Made by a program: the position numbers and the translations under genes. The notes beneath the pieces are model-generated. The model saw nothing but the letters and a program-made list of their open reading frames with translations. It did no database searches and was not told the origin of the DNA. This document shows, piece by piece, positions 30,827-38,280 of a stretch of 61,805 nt of DNA; position 1 is the first letter of the stretch; each line of letters opens with the position of its first letter. Source of the DNA: Candidatus Limnocylindria bacterium (GTDB lineage: Bacteria; Chloroflexota; Limnocylindria; QHBO01); the NCBI GenBank assembly GCA_036004845.1, contig DASYRA010000003.1:1-61805 (forward strand). Reading direction: 5' to 3'.

Positions 30827-31300
30827 TCATCGCAGGCGCCGTGCGGCCATACGCAGACCACGTGCCGCGGCGCGGACCAGCCCCCGCCCGGCCCAGAGGC
30901 CGACCCGACCGCCGCGCCGCAGCAGCCAGGCAGCGCCGATGCGGACGGTCCCGAGGTCGTAATCGAGGTCCTCCGCGGTCAGGCCCGACGCTTCGAGGTG
31001 TGCCTGTCGATCGGCAAACGGGAGGCCGCGGAGCGCGAAGCGCAGTCCCAGCAGGGCAACAGCCGCGTCGTCGAGCTGTCCGGCGAACGGGATGATCCCC
31101 GCCACCGGGTCGACGGGCGAGACGAGGTACGCGGCGGCGGCGGCTACCGCGGTGCGGCGTGGACGGCTCAGGCGCGGATCACGGGCGAGCCGCCAGGCAA
31201 GACGCCCGTAGCCGGGGAGGCGGCGCACGAGGGCGATGAAGCGCCCCCGCGGGAACGCGTCATCGGTCCAACCCTTCGACGTGGCGCCGCGTCGGGGCAT
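30827..31300 (-). CDS. DUF1232 (YkvA-like) membrane protein
   Basis: 157 aa. YLVSPVDPVAGIIPFAGQLDDAAVALLGLRFAL matches the DUF1232 core. Confidence 0.75.
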   Translation of the reverse strand: MPRRGATSKGWTDDAFPRGRFIALVRRLPGYGRLAWRLARDPRLSRPRRTAVAAAAAYLVSPVDPVAGIIPFAGQLDDAAVALLGLRFALRGLPFADRQAHLEASGLTAEDLDYDLGTVRIGAAWLLRRGGRVGLWAGRGLVRAAARGLRMAARRLR

Positions 31301-31303
31301 CGG

Positions 31304-32719
31304 CTATCGCGCGTACCGCACGCCGCCGCCCCGGCGCTCCTTGTTCAGCCGCCGGTTGAGATGGAGCCCCTCCAGCACGAACTCGACCCCGCTGGCAACG
31401 CCGGCCGGTGACTCGCCGAGGTCGAGCCGCCCCACCGCGCGGCTCAGCTCCGGAAGCTCCGCGACCGTTCGCTGCAGGAGGTCCGAAGCCACCGATTCGC
31501 CGACCTCGACCTCCGCACCGGCCTCGAAGCGCTCGACCAGGCCGACCAGCTCCGAGAGTGAGAAGTGCCGGTTGAAGACATTGACGACGGCGCGCTGGAC
31601 CAGCTTCTCGATCACCTTCTCCTCGCGCGTCTCGTCGCCGAGCGTCTCCAGCTCGATCTTGCCGGCGGTCGAGGCCACGATCGCGCCGAGGTCGCTGACG
31701 CGGGGCGCGGCGATCGGCTCGCCCAGGCGAACGGCGCGCTTGAGGGCCGCCGCCACCAATGTCTCGTGGTTGGCGATGGTGACGCGCACGCTCACCCCGG
31801 AGCGCTGGCTCACCTCCGACGAGCGTCGGGCCAGCTGCGACAGCTCGGCCACGATCTCCTTCATGAAGGACGGCACCTGGACCGGGACCGACGCCGCCGT
31901 CTCGTCGTCGAAGGCGAGCCACTCGGCCTCCATGATCGCGATCTCGGTCTCCGGATCCTCGGGGTAGTGGGTCCGGATCTGGGCGCCGAATCGGTCCTTG
32001 AGCGGCGTGATGATGCGTCCCCGGCTGGTGTAGTCCTCCGGGTTGGCGGAGGCCACCACGAACAGGTCCAGGCTGAGGCGGACCTTGTAACCCCGGATCT
32101 GGACGTCGCGCTCCTCCATCAGGTTGAGGAGGCCCACCTGGATCCGCTCGGCCAGGTCGGGCAGCTCGTTGAGGGCGAAGATGCCGCGGTTCGTGCGCGG
32201 CAGGAGGCCGTAGTGGATGGTCAGCTCGTCGGAGAGGTAGCGCCCCTCCGCCACCTTGACCGGATCGACCTCGCCCACCAGGTCGGCGATTGTGATGTCG
32301 GGCGTCGCCAGCTTCTCCCCATAGCGATCCGCGGCCGCCACCCAGCCGACCGGTGTCGCATCTCCCAGCTCCGCCACCAGCGCGCGCGCAAACGGGCTCA
32401 CCGGCCGCAGTGGGTCGTCGTGGAGCTCCGCACCGGCCACGACCGGCATCCACTCGTCGAGGAGTCCCACCAGTGAGCGCGCGATGCGGCTCTTGGCCTG
32501 GCCCCGCTCACCGAGCAGGATGATGTCCTGGCCCGCCAGGATGGCGTTCTCGACCTGCGGCAGGACGGTCTCGTCGTAGCCGATGATCCCGGGCAGGAGC
32601 GACTCCCCGCGGCGCAAGCGATTAACGAGGTTGGCGCGCATCTCCTCTTTGACGCTGCGGGGCCGATAGCCACCGGCGCGCAGCTCGCCCAGGGTGCCGA
32701 TGGTCGGCCGCTCGGTCAT
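31304..32719 (-). CDS. BchI/ChlI-like (Mg-chelatase-type) AAA+ ATPase
   Basis: Start at MTERPTIG (ATG 32717-32719). P-loop GERGQAKS (32489-32512). NRGIFALNELPDL. VVASANPEDYTSRGRIITPLKDRFG. Confidence 0.9.
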   Translation of the reverse strand: MTERPTIGTLGELRAGGYRPRSVKEEMRANLVNRLRRGESLLPGIIGYDETVLPQVENAILAGQDIILLGERGQAKSRIARSLVGLLDEWMPVVAGAELHDDPLRPVSPFARALVAELGDATPVGWVAAADRYGEKLATPDITIADLVGEVDPVKVAEGRYLSDELTIHYGLLPRTNRGIFALNELPDLAERIQVGLLNLMEERDVQIRGYKVRLSLDLFVVASANPEDYTSRGRIITPLKDRFGAQIRTHYPEDPETEIAIMEAEWLAFDDETAASVPVQVPSFMKEIVAELSQLARRSSEVSQRSGVSVRVTIANHETLVAAALKRAVRLGEPIAAPRVSDLGAIVASTAGKIELETLGDETREEKVIEKLVQRAVVNVFNRHFSLSELVGLVERFEAGAEVEVGESVASDLLQRTVAELPELSRAVGRLDLGESPAGVASGVEFVLEGLHLNRRLNKERRGGGVRYAR

Positions 32720-33636
32720 GCGGTGGCTCCTTCGGGTACGGACGGAAAGTGCGTCAGCGCGGACGCCACCGCGGCCGGATCGCACACGCCGCGATCCGCG
32801 AGCGCCGCCAGGTACTCCGAGCGCGCCGCCAGCTCCGCCTCCAGCGCGTCCGCCCCGAGGCCGAGGCTGGCGGCCAGCACAGCGTACGCCGCGATGTCGT
32901 GGACGAGCGGGCGGGTGGAGCGCCCCCCGTCACCCGCCAGCAGCGGCGGCTCCGGCTCACGCTGCGCACCGGTCAGGCTCGGCGAGCGGCCACCCTCGAG
33001 AGCCGCCAGTCGGACGGGGGCGAGGCCCCCCGCGCCATTCAGCCGCAGGTGCCACGCCTCCTCGACACGACGGTACATGCCAGCCGGCGTGCGGTAGGCG
33101 GAGTACTGCAGGTAGATCGTCAGGCCGGCGAGGTCGGCGTCACGTGCGCCGAGCTGATCGCGCAGGAGGGCAATCGCCTCGTCGAGCGAGTCGGCGTGCA
33201 TCGTGGCTCCCATGCCGTAGCCACGGCCCGCCAGCTCCAGGGCTCCGCGCGCATTGCGGCCCCAGACGTAGATCGGCAGGTGATCGCTCATCTCGTTGAC
33301 AAGCAGGTAGCCGCGATCCGGGCCGACCTCATCGGTCCAGTCGAAGTCACCCCGCCAGCCACGGAGGAAGATCCCCACCGTGCCGCGCGGCAGGAAGTCG
33401 ACGAGTGCGGAGAGGGTGGTCGTCTTGCCGGCCATCGGCGCCTCCGAGGCGAGCATGACGCTGCCTCGGCGGCTGGTCACCGCCCAGAGGGTCGCCATCA
33501 GGCGCGCGTCGAGGGCGCCACCGCCCACGATCTCGACGGCACTCATTGGCCGCGGCGGGCTCCAGTGGTAGCCCCACCAGCCCTCCGGGAAGCGGCTGTA
33601 CCACGCTTCCAGGCTGGCGTCGGACGAGGGCTCCAT
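32716..33636 (-). CDS. divergent T2SS/T4SS-E (VirB11/CpaF)-like P-loop NTPase, ATPase domain only
   Basis: SEAPMAGKTT (33418-33447), YLLVNEMSD, GRGYGMGATMHADSLDEAIALL and LTIYLQYSAYRTPAGMYRRVEE parallel the Walker A, Walker B, His-box and tail of secretion ATPases. Start is set at the ATG at 33634-33636, where GC3 rises. The track ORF extends to the GTG at 33783. Confidence 0.7.
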   Translation of the reverse strand: MEPSSDASLEAWYSRFPEGWWGYHWSPPRPMSAVEIVGGGALDARLMATLWAVTSRRGSVMLASEAPMAGKTTTLSALVDFLPRGTVGIFLRGWRGDFDWTDEVGPDRGYLLVNEMSDHLPIYVWGRNARGALELAGRGYGMGATMHADSLDEAIALLRDQLGARDADLAGLTIYLQYSAYRTPAGMYRRVEEAWHLRLNGAGGLAPVRLAALEGGRSPSLTGAQREPEPPLLAGDGGRSTRPLVHDIAAYAVLAASLGLGADALEAELAARSEYLAALADRGVCDPAAVASALTHFPSVPEGATA

Positions 33637-33825
33637 GGTCGCGGCCACGGTACGCGGGGCAGGCGCACGACGCAACCGCCGCGCATCGGGGCCCTGGCAG
33701 GACTTCCGTACCAGGCCTCGATGGTCCATCGCCGTTGATTGGAAGCACCATTCGGCCAGATCGGTGATGTCTGGTGGAGTCACTGGTACTTGTCAAGTCC
33801 TGGCCACCGTGCATGTCATGCAGGG

Positions 33826-34512
33826 ATGACCAATCTGGCGCGCAGGTCGAGGCCGGGCGACGGAGGCGGAGAGGCGTACCGCTCGTTCTCGATTGCGGTC
33901 GACCAGATGCGGCGCGGCGAGCAGGTGGTCGCGCTCATCAACCCGGATGCCCGGCCTCCCGACGCGCCGGCATCGGGCATCTGGCTGAGTGCCCGCCTCT
34001 CGATCAGCGAGCTGCCGCGGGTGCTCCTGCCGCGCTGCGATGATCGCTGTCGAGACGAGCCGCATGACGCGCACGCCTTCGTGGTGCTCGCCGATCTCGC
34101 CCTCGATGTGGCCGAGCCGCGACGGACGTCGTGGTGGGAATCGTGGAACGACACGCTGCAGCGCGATCTGCGCGCCTCCCGCGTGTGGTACGCCGGCTCC
34201 CCCGCGCTCCCCGACGTCGCCGTAGCGCGCCAGCTGCGAGCAGGAACGCGCCTGCGGCGCCTGGCCGCGACCGACCCCTACTGGGTCCACTACGACACCA
34301 TGGACCAGGAGGTCCTGTTCCGGATCGAGTCCGGCCCTCACGAGGGCGACGCGGTGATCGCCGTCTCGTTCGGCCTGTCGCCGCTGCTGCCCGGCCTGGC
34401 CGGGGCGCTGATCGCGCCGGACCACCCGCCCGTCCGAGATCCCGACGTCGGGACGCGACTCCTGGCCGTGGGCTGGGCAACCGTCGAGCGCGGCCTCCCG
34501 TTCGAGGGCTGA
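33826..34512 (+). CDS. hypothetical protein (228 aa)
   Basis: MTNLARRSRPGDGGGEAYRSFSIAVDQMRRGEQVVALINPD... High GC3 throughout. No family recognised. Divergent from the ATPase operon. Confidence 0.55.
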   Translation: MTNLARRSRPGDGGGEAYRSFSIAVDQMRRGEQVVALINPDARPPDAPASGIWLSARLSISELPRVLLPRCDDRCRDEPHDAHAFVVLADLALDVAEPRRTSWWESWNDTLQRDLRASRVWYAGSPALPDVAVARQLRAGTRLRRLAATDPYWVHYDTMDQEVLFRIESGPHEGDAVIAVSFGLSPLLPGLAGALIAPDHPPVRDPDVGTRLLAVGWATVERGLPFEG

Positions 34513-34533
34513 CTCGAGTCGATCGTCGGTATC

Positions 34534-35142
34534 ATGCGCGCCATGACCGACGAGGAGATGCCCGCCCCGCGCCCGATGATCCGTGGAGAGCGAGTCTGGC
34601 TGCGGCCCACCGAGCCCTCCGACATCATCGAGGACGTCCCCTACTCGGGCGATATCGAGATCGGTCACTTCGGCGGCGGCAAGACGCCGTGGAGCCGCGC
34701 CTCGGCCGAGCGCTTCTCCACGGAGTTCCAGGCCCAGATCGGCGAGACGAGCTACCCGTACACGATCTGCCTGCTCGGTGAGCAGCGGGGCATCGGCGCG
34801 ATCTTTCTCCGCAACGTGGACAAGGTCAACGGCAGCGCGATCGTCGGCATCTTCATCAGCGACCGCCGCTACCTGGGCAAGGGGTACGGCACCGATGCGC
34901 TCAATGCCCTGGTCGACTTCGGCTTCGGCGAGCTGCGGCTCGAGCGGATCGAGCTGGAGGTGTTCGACTACAACCTGCGTGCCATCCGCTCGTACGAGAA
35001 GGCCGGCTTCAAGACCGATGCGATCCTGCGGCGCTCGCGATTCCACCGCGGCGCGCATCACGACGTGCACTTGATGTCGATCCTGCAGGGCGACTGGCAG
35101 GCGCTGCCCCGCAAGCGCAGCTGGGAGCTGTCCGAGGTCTAG
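34534..35142 (+). CDS. GNAT-family N-acetyltransferase (RimJ/RimL-like)
   Basis: ERVWLRPTEPSDI.., YLGKGYGTDALNALVDFGFGELRLERIELEVFDYNLRAIRSYEKAGFK. Confidence 0.88.
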   Translation: MRAMTDEEMPAPRPMIRGERVWLRPTEPSDIIEDVPYSGDIEIGHFGGGKTPWSRASAERFSTEFQAQIGETSYPYTICLLGEQRGIGAIFLRNVDKVNGSAIVGIFISDRRYLGKGYGTDALNALVDFGFGELRLERIELEVFDYNLRAIRSYEKAGFKTDAILRRSRFHRGAHHDVHLMSILQGDWQALPRKRSWELSEV

Positions 35143-36473
35143 CTCGCGCGGGGAAGCCCAATCAGGAATGTGGTTCCATCGGGGCCGGTTCGCTCGACGC
35201 CGATGCGACCGCCGTTGGCCGCCAGCAGCTCCCGCGCAATGGTCAGGCCGATGCCGCTGCCACTCCGCGGCTCACCCGCGCCGCGCGCCTGGTCCGCCCG
35301 GTAGAAGCGCTCGAAGACGTGGGCCCGGTCCTCGGGAGCGATCCCCGGCCCCGCGTCGGTGACCCTGACCAGCGCCTCGGTCGCCGCCGTCTCGACGCCC
35401 ACCTGTACGGTCGCTCCCCCGGGGGAGTGCTGGGCCGCATTGGCGAGGACGTTGCGGAGCGCGCGGCCGACCTGCGTGGGATCGACCTCCACCTTCAGCG
35501 AGCTGGGGGCCGGATCAACCACGATGCCAACCCCCTGCTGCCGGAAGAGCGGCTCGATGGCGCGCTGGACCTCTCCCAGCAGCTCGCTCAGCGACATCAC
35601 CCGCGGCCGGCGCTGGAGCACCCCGGACTCGGCGTCGACCAGCTCTCCGAGCTGCACGATCACGCCCGACAGCGCGCCCGCCGCGGCCCGGGCGCGATCG
35701 AGCTGCTCACGGTCGGCGGGCACCACGCCGTCGACCATCGCCTGCAGCTGCGACTCGAGCACGGTGGCCGGGGTCGCCAAATCGTGGGCCATGTCGCTGG
35801 CCGCGCGGCGGCGCAGCATCTCGGATCGCTGGACTCGCTCGGCCATCGCGTTGAAGGCGCCCGCCAGCTCCCGCGACTCGCGGTCGGGACCGCCCTGGGC
35901 TCGGGCGCTGAGGTCGCCATGCCCCAACCGCCGCGCGGCGGCGGCCACCCCCTGGAGGGGACGGGTCAGGCGCGACGAGAGGAGGAGCGCGATCATCCCG
36001 ACCGCCACGATCGCCAGCAGGCCGGCGACCAGCAGCGTCACGTTGAAGACGCGCAGGAAGCCCCGGTCGGCGCGCGGCACGTCGATCAGGAGGCTCGCGT
36101 CCGACCCGGGGATCGGCTCGGAGATCGTCTCGGTTGCAACCCCCGGCGGCAGCCTTCCGACGTCCACCAGCGGCTCGCCGTCGGCGCCGACCAGCTGGAC
36201 GCGCCCGTGCATCGCGTTGGCGACCCGACGCAGCACGATCTCGACCCCGTGCTTCGCGCGCGGCCCCTCCAGGTCGACCGCTCCGATCGCCCCGGCCACG
36301 ACCGTGATGCGGTCCCGCTCGGCGGCGCTCAGCTCCTCCTCCAGCGACCCGCTGACGATCCGGTTGACGGCAAGGCCGGCCACCAGGAGGACCGCCAGCA
36401 CGGCGAGGGAAAGCATCAGGGCCAGCCGAAGGCCGAGCGGCTGGCCGCGCGCCACGTCGTCGCTCTCGGTCAC
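35139..36473 (-). CDS. sensor histidine kinase (2 TM, HAMP, HisKA, HATPase_c)
   Basis: H-box ASDMAHDLATPATVL, N-box LRNVLANAAQHSP, G1 DAGPGI, G2 GSGIGLTIAREL. Confidence 0.9.
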   Translation of the reverse strand: MTESDDVARGQPLGLRLALMLSLAVLAVLLVAGLAVNRIVSGSLEEELSAAERDRITVVAGAIGAVDLEGPRAKHGVEIVLRRVANAMHGRVQLVGADGEPLVDVGRLPPGVATETISEPIPGSDASLLIDVPRADRGFLRVFNVTLLVAGLLAIVAVGMIALLLSSRLTRPLQGVAAAARRLGHGDLSARAQGGPDRESRELAGAFNAMAERVQRSEMLRRRAASDMAHDLATPATVLESQLQAMVDGVVPADREQLDRARAAAGALSGVIVQLGELVDAESGVLQRRPRVMSLSELLGEVQRAIEPLFRQQGVGIVVDPAPSSLKVEVDPTQVGRALRNVLANAAQHSPGGATVQVGVETAATEALVRVTDAGPGIAPEDRAHVFERFYRADQARGAGEPRSGSGIGLTIARELLAANGGRIGVERTGPDGTTFLIGLPRAS

Positions 36474-37183
36474 GCTGGGTCCTTCGTCGCCACCAGCCGG
36501 TAGCCGGTGCTGGGGATCGTCTCGATCAGCCAGGGATCGCCGGCGTCGTCGCCCAGCTTCCGTCGCAGGTTGGCGACATGGACGTCGACGACGCGCTCGT
36601 AGACCTCGTCGGGACGCCGCGCGACGGCCTCCAGCAGCTGCTCGCGCGCCAGGACGGCACCCGGGCGGCGCGCCAGCGCGACCAGGAGGGCGGCCTCGCC
36701 GGGCGTCAGGCGTCCTCCCTCCCCGTCCGACAGCGTGTATCGCCGCGAGGCGGGATCGAGGACCAGGCGGCCGGCCCCCAGCGAGATGATCTCGTCGCCC
36801 TCCTTGGCCACGCCCGCGCGCGAGCGCCGCAGGATCGCCGCCACGCGAGCGGTCAGCTCGTGCGGGTTGAAGGGCTTGGCGAGGTAGTCATCGGCCCCCA
36901 GGCGAAGCCCGGCGATGCGCTCGGCATCGGAGCGCTTCGCGCTGGTGATCAGGATCGGAACGTCCGCCTCCTCGCGCAGTGCCTCGAGCACCGCCTCGCC
37001 CTGCATCCCCGGCAGCATCAGGTCAAGGACCACCAGGTCCGCGCCATCGGCCGCGAAGGCGGCCAGGGCGGCCGCGCCATCCCCGGCGTCGCTCACCACG
37101 TAGCCGGCCCGCTCCAGGTACAGCCGCAGAAGACCGCGCAGCTGCGGCTCATCCTCCACGATCAGGATCCTGGCGCGCCCCAT
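36470..37183 (-). CDS. OmpR/PhoB-family response regulator
   Basis: ILIVEDEP..DLVVLDLMLPG..AKP receiver domain. C-terminal winged helix VDVHVANLRRKL...TIPSTGYRL. Confidence 0.92.
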   Translation of the reverse strand: MGRARILIVEDEPQLRGLLRLYLERAGYVVSDAGDGAAALAAFAADGADLVVLDLMLPGMQGEAVLEALREEADVPILITSAKRSDAERIAGLRLGADDYLAKPFNPHELTARVAAILRRSRAGVAKEGDEIISLGAGRLVLDPASRRYTLSDGEGGRLTPGEAALLVALARRPGAVLAREQLLEAVARRPDEVYERVVDVHVANLRRKLGDDAGDPWLIETIPSTGYRLVATKDPA

Positions 37184-37217
37184 CGGGCCATGCTAGTGGC
37201 AGGCCGATTCAGAGGAT

Positions 37218-37255
37218 GTCAAGACCGATCGGCGCGATCTTGACGCGTTCTTGAC
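37218..37255. promoter_or_regulatory. three copies of heptamer TCTTGAC (two direct copies 11 bp apart, one inverted): candidate response-regulator binding sites
   Basis: GTCAAGA at 37218-37224, TCTTGAC at 37238-37244, TCTTGAC at 37249-37255. They lie in the divergent region between the regulator gene (37183) and the secreted-protein gene (37319). Confidence 0.4.
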
Positions 37256-37318
37256 CGCCGAGACCGATGCTCCGCCCTACCGAGTCGCAGCAAGCGACAA
37301 TCCAGTGAGGACACGCAC

Positions 37319-38035
37319 GTGAGGAAGATGAAGACCCTGGGCATCGCCGGCGGCATGGTCGCTGCGGCGCTCGTGGGTGGAACCCTGATCAGCGCCGCGT
37401 TGGCGGCACCCTCGTCACCCAGTGCCAGTGCATCGGCGGCCGATCTCGCCAACGGCGAGTACTGCGACGCCTGGCAGGAGGCGTTCGCCAAGGAGCTCGG
37501 TGTCTCTGTGGACGACCTCCTGCCCGCCGCCAAGGCTGCGAGCATCGCCGCCATCGACGCAGCCGTCGCGGCCGGCGACCTGAGCGAGGAGCGCGCGACC
37601 GCGCTGAAGGAGAAGATCGAGGCGGCCGAAGGAGATGGCTGCCGATTCTTCGGCCATCCGTTCGGCGGAATGGGGCACGGGCTCAAGGGCCACTTCGGCG
37701 GTCCGCTGCTGAGCGTGGCAGCCGAGGCCCTCGGCATCGAGCCGGGCGAGCTGCTCCAGGCGCTGCGCAGTGGCGACTCGCTGCAGGACGTCGCGAGCGC
37801 GCAGGGCAAGGACTACGACGCCGTCAGCCAGGCGATCCACGACGCGGTGAAGACGAGGCTGGATGCGGCGGTGGCGGATGGTCTCGACGAGGCACGCGCC
37901 GACGAGATCCTCTCGAAGCTGGACGAGGCACTTGCCTCCGGGGACTTCCCGCAATGGGGACGGGGCCATGGTGGCTTCGGCGGGTTTGACCACGATGACG
38001 CAGACGAGTCACCGGACGAGTCTTCCGCCAGCTGA
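37319..38035 (+). CDS. secreted protein with an internal duplication and Gly/His-rich motifs
   Basis: Signal peptide MRKMKTLGIAGGMVAAALVGGTLISAALA. GTG start with GAGGAC upstream. See findings. Confidence 0.7.
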   Translation: MRKMKTLGIAGGMVAAALVGGTLISAALAAPSSPSASASAADLANGEYCDAWQEAFAKELGVSVDDLLPAAKAASIAAIDAAVAAGDLSEERATALKEKIEAAEGDGCRFFGHPFGGMGHGLKGHFGGPLLSVAAEALGIEPGELLQALRSGDSLQDVASAQGKDYDAVSQAIHDAVKTRLDAAVADGLDEARADEILSKLDEALASGDFPQWGRGHGGFGGFDHDDADESPDESSAS

Positions 38036-38054
38036 ACGTTCGCGTTCCCGACTG

Positions 38055-38083
38055 AGGCCGTCCCGCATGGCGCGGGGCGGCCT
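38055..38083 (+). terminator. GC-rich hairpin 20 nt after the stop codon (candidate intrinsic terminator, weak U-tract)
   Basis: AGGCCGTCCCGC-atgg-GCGGGGCGGCCT forms a 12-bp stem with one G-U pair, followed by TTCGCC. Confidence 0.45.
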
Positions 38084-38280
38084 TCGCCATGAAACGAGGG
38101 TGGACCGTGGGCGCCTGACGATGCAGGATGCGGCGATCAGGACCGTGGACCGCAGCCTCGAGACCTGGCATTGATCGCGCTGGCCGGAGTTGGGCTATGT
38201 GTGGCGGGCTCGCGTCCGCAGCACCGCCCCGTGCGACGAGTGCCTGACGACTTGGGGACGCGGACCTGTAGGCTGTTGCG

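Noticed and set aside
38084-38280. A ~200-nt untranslated gap before the F420 G6PD-family gene with two repeated 9-mers: GGACCGTGG at 38102 and 38140, and GCCTGACGA at 38113 and 38242. Possible riboswitch or sRNA.
   Set aside because: I recognise no known riboswitch consensus. A pair of 9-mer repeats in 200 nt of GC-rich DNA is only mildly unexpected. This needs covariance-model (Rfam) scanning before any claim.
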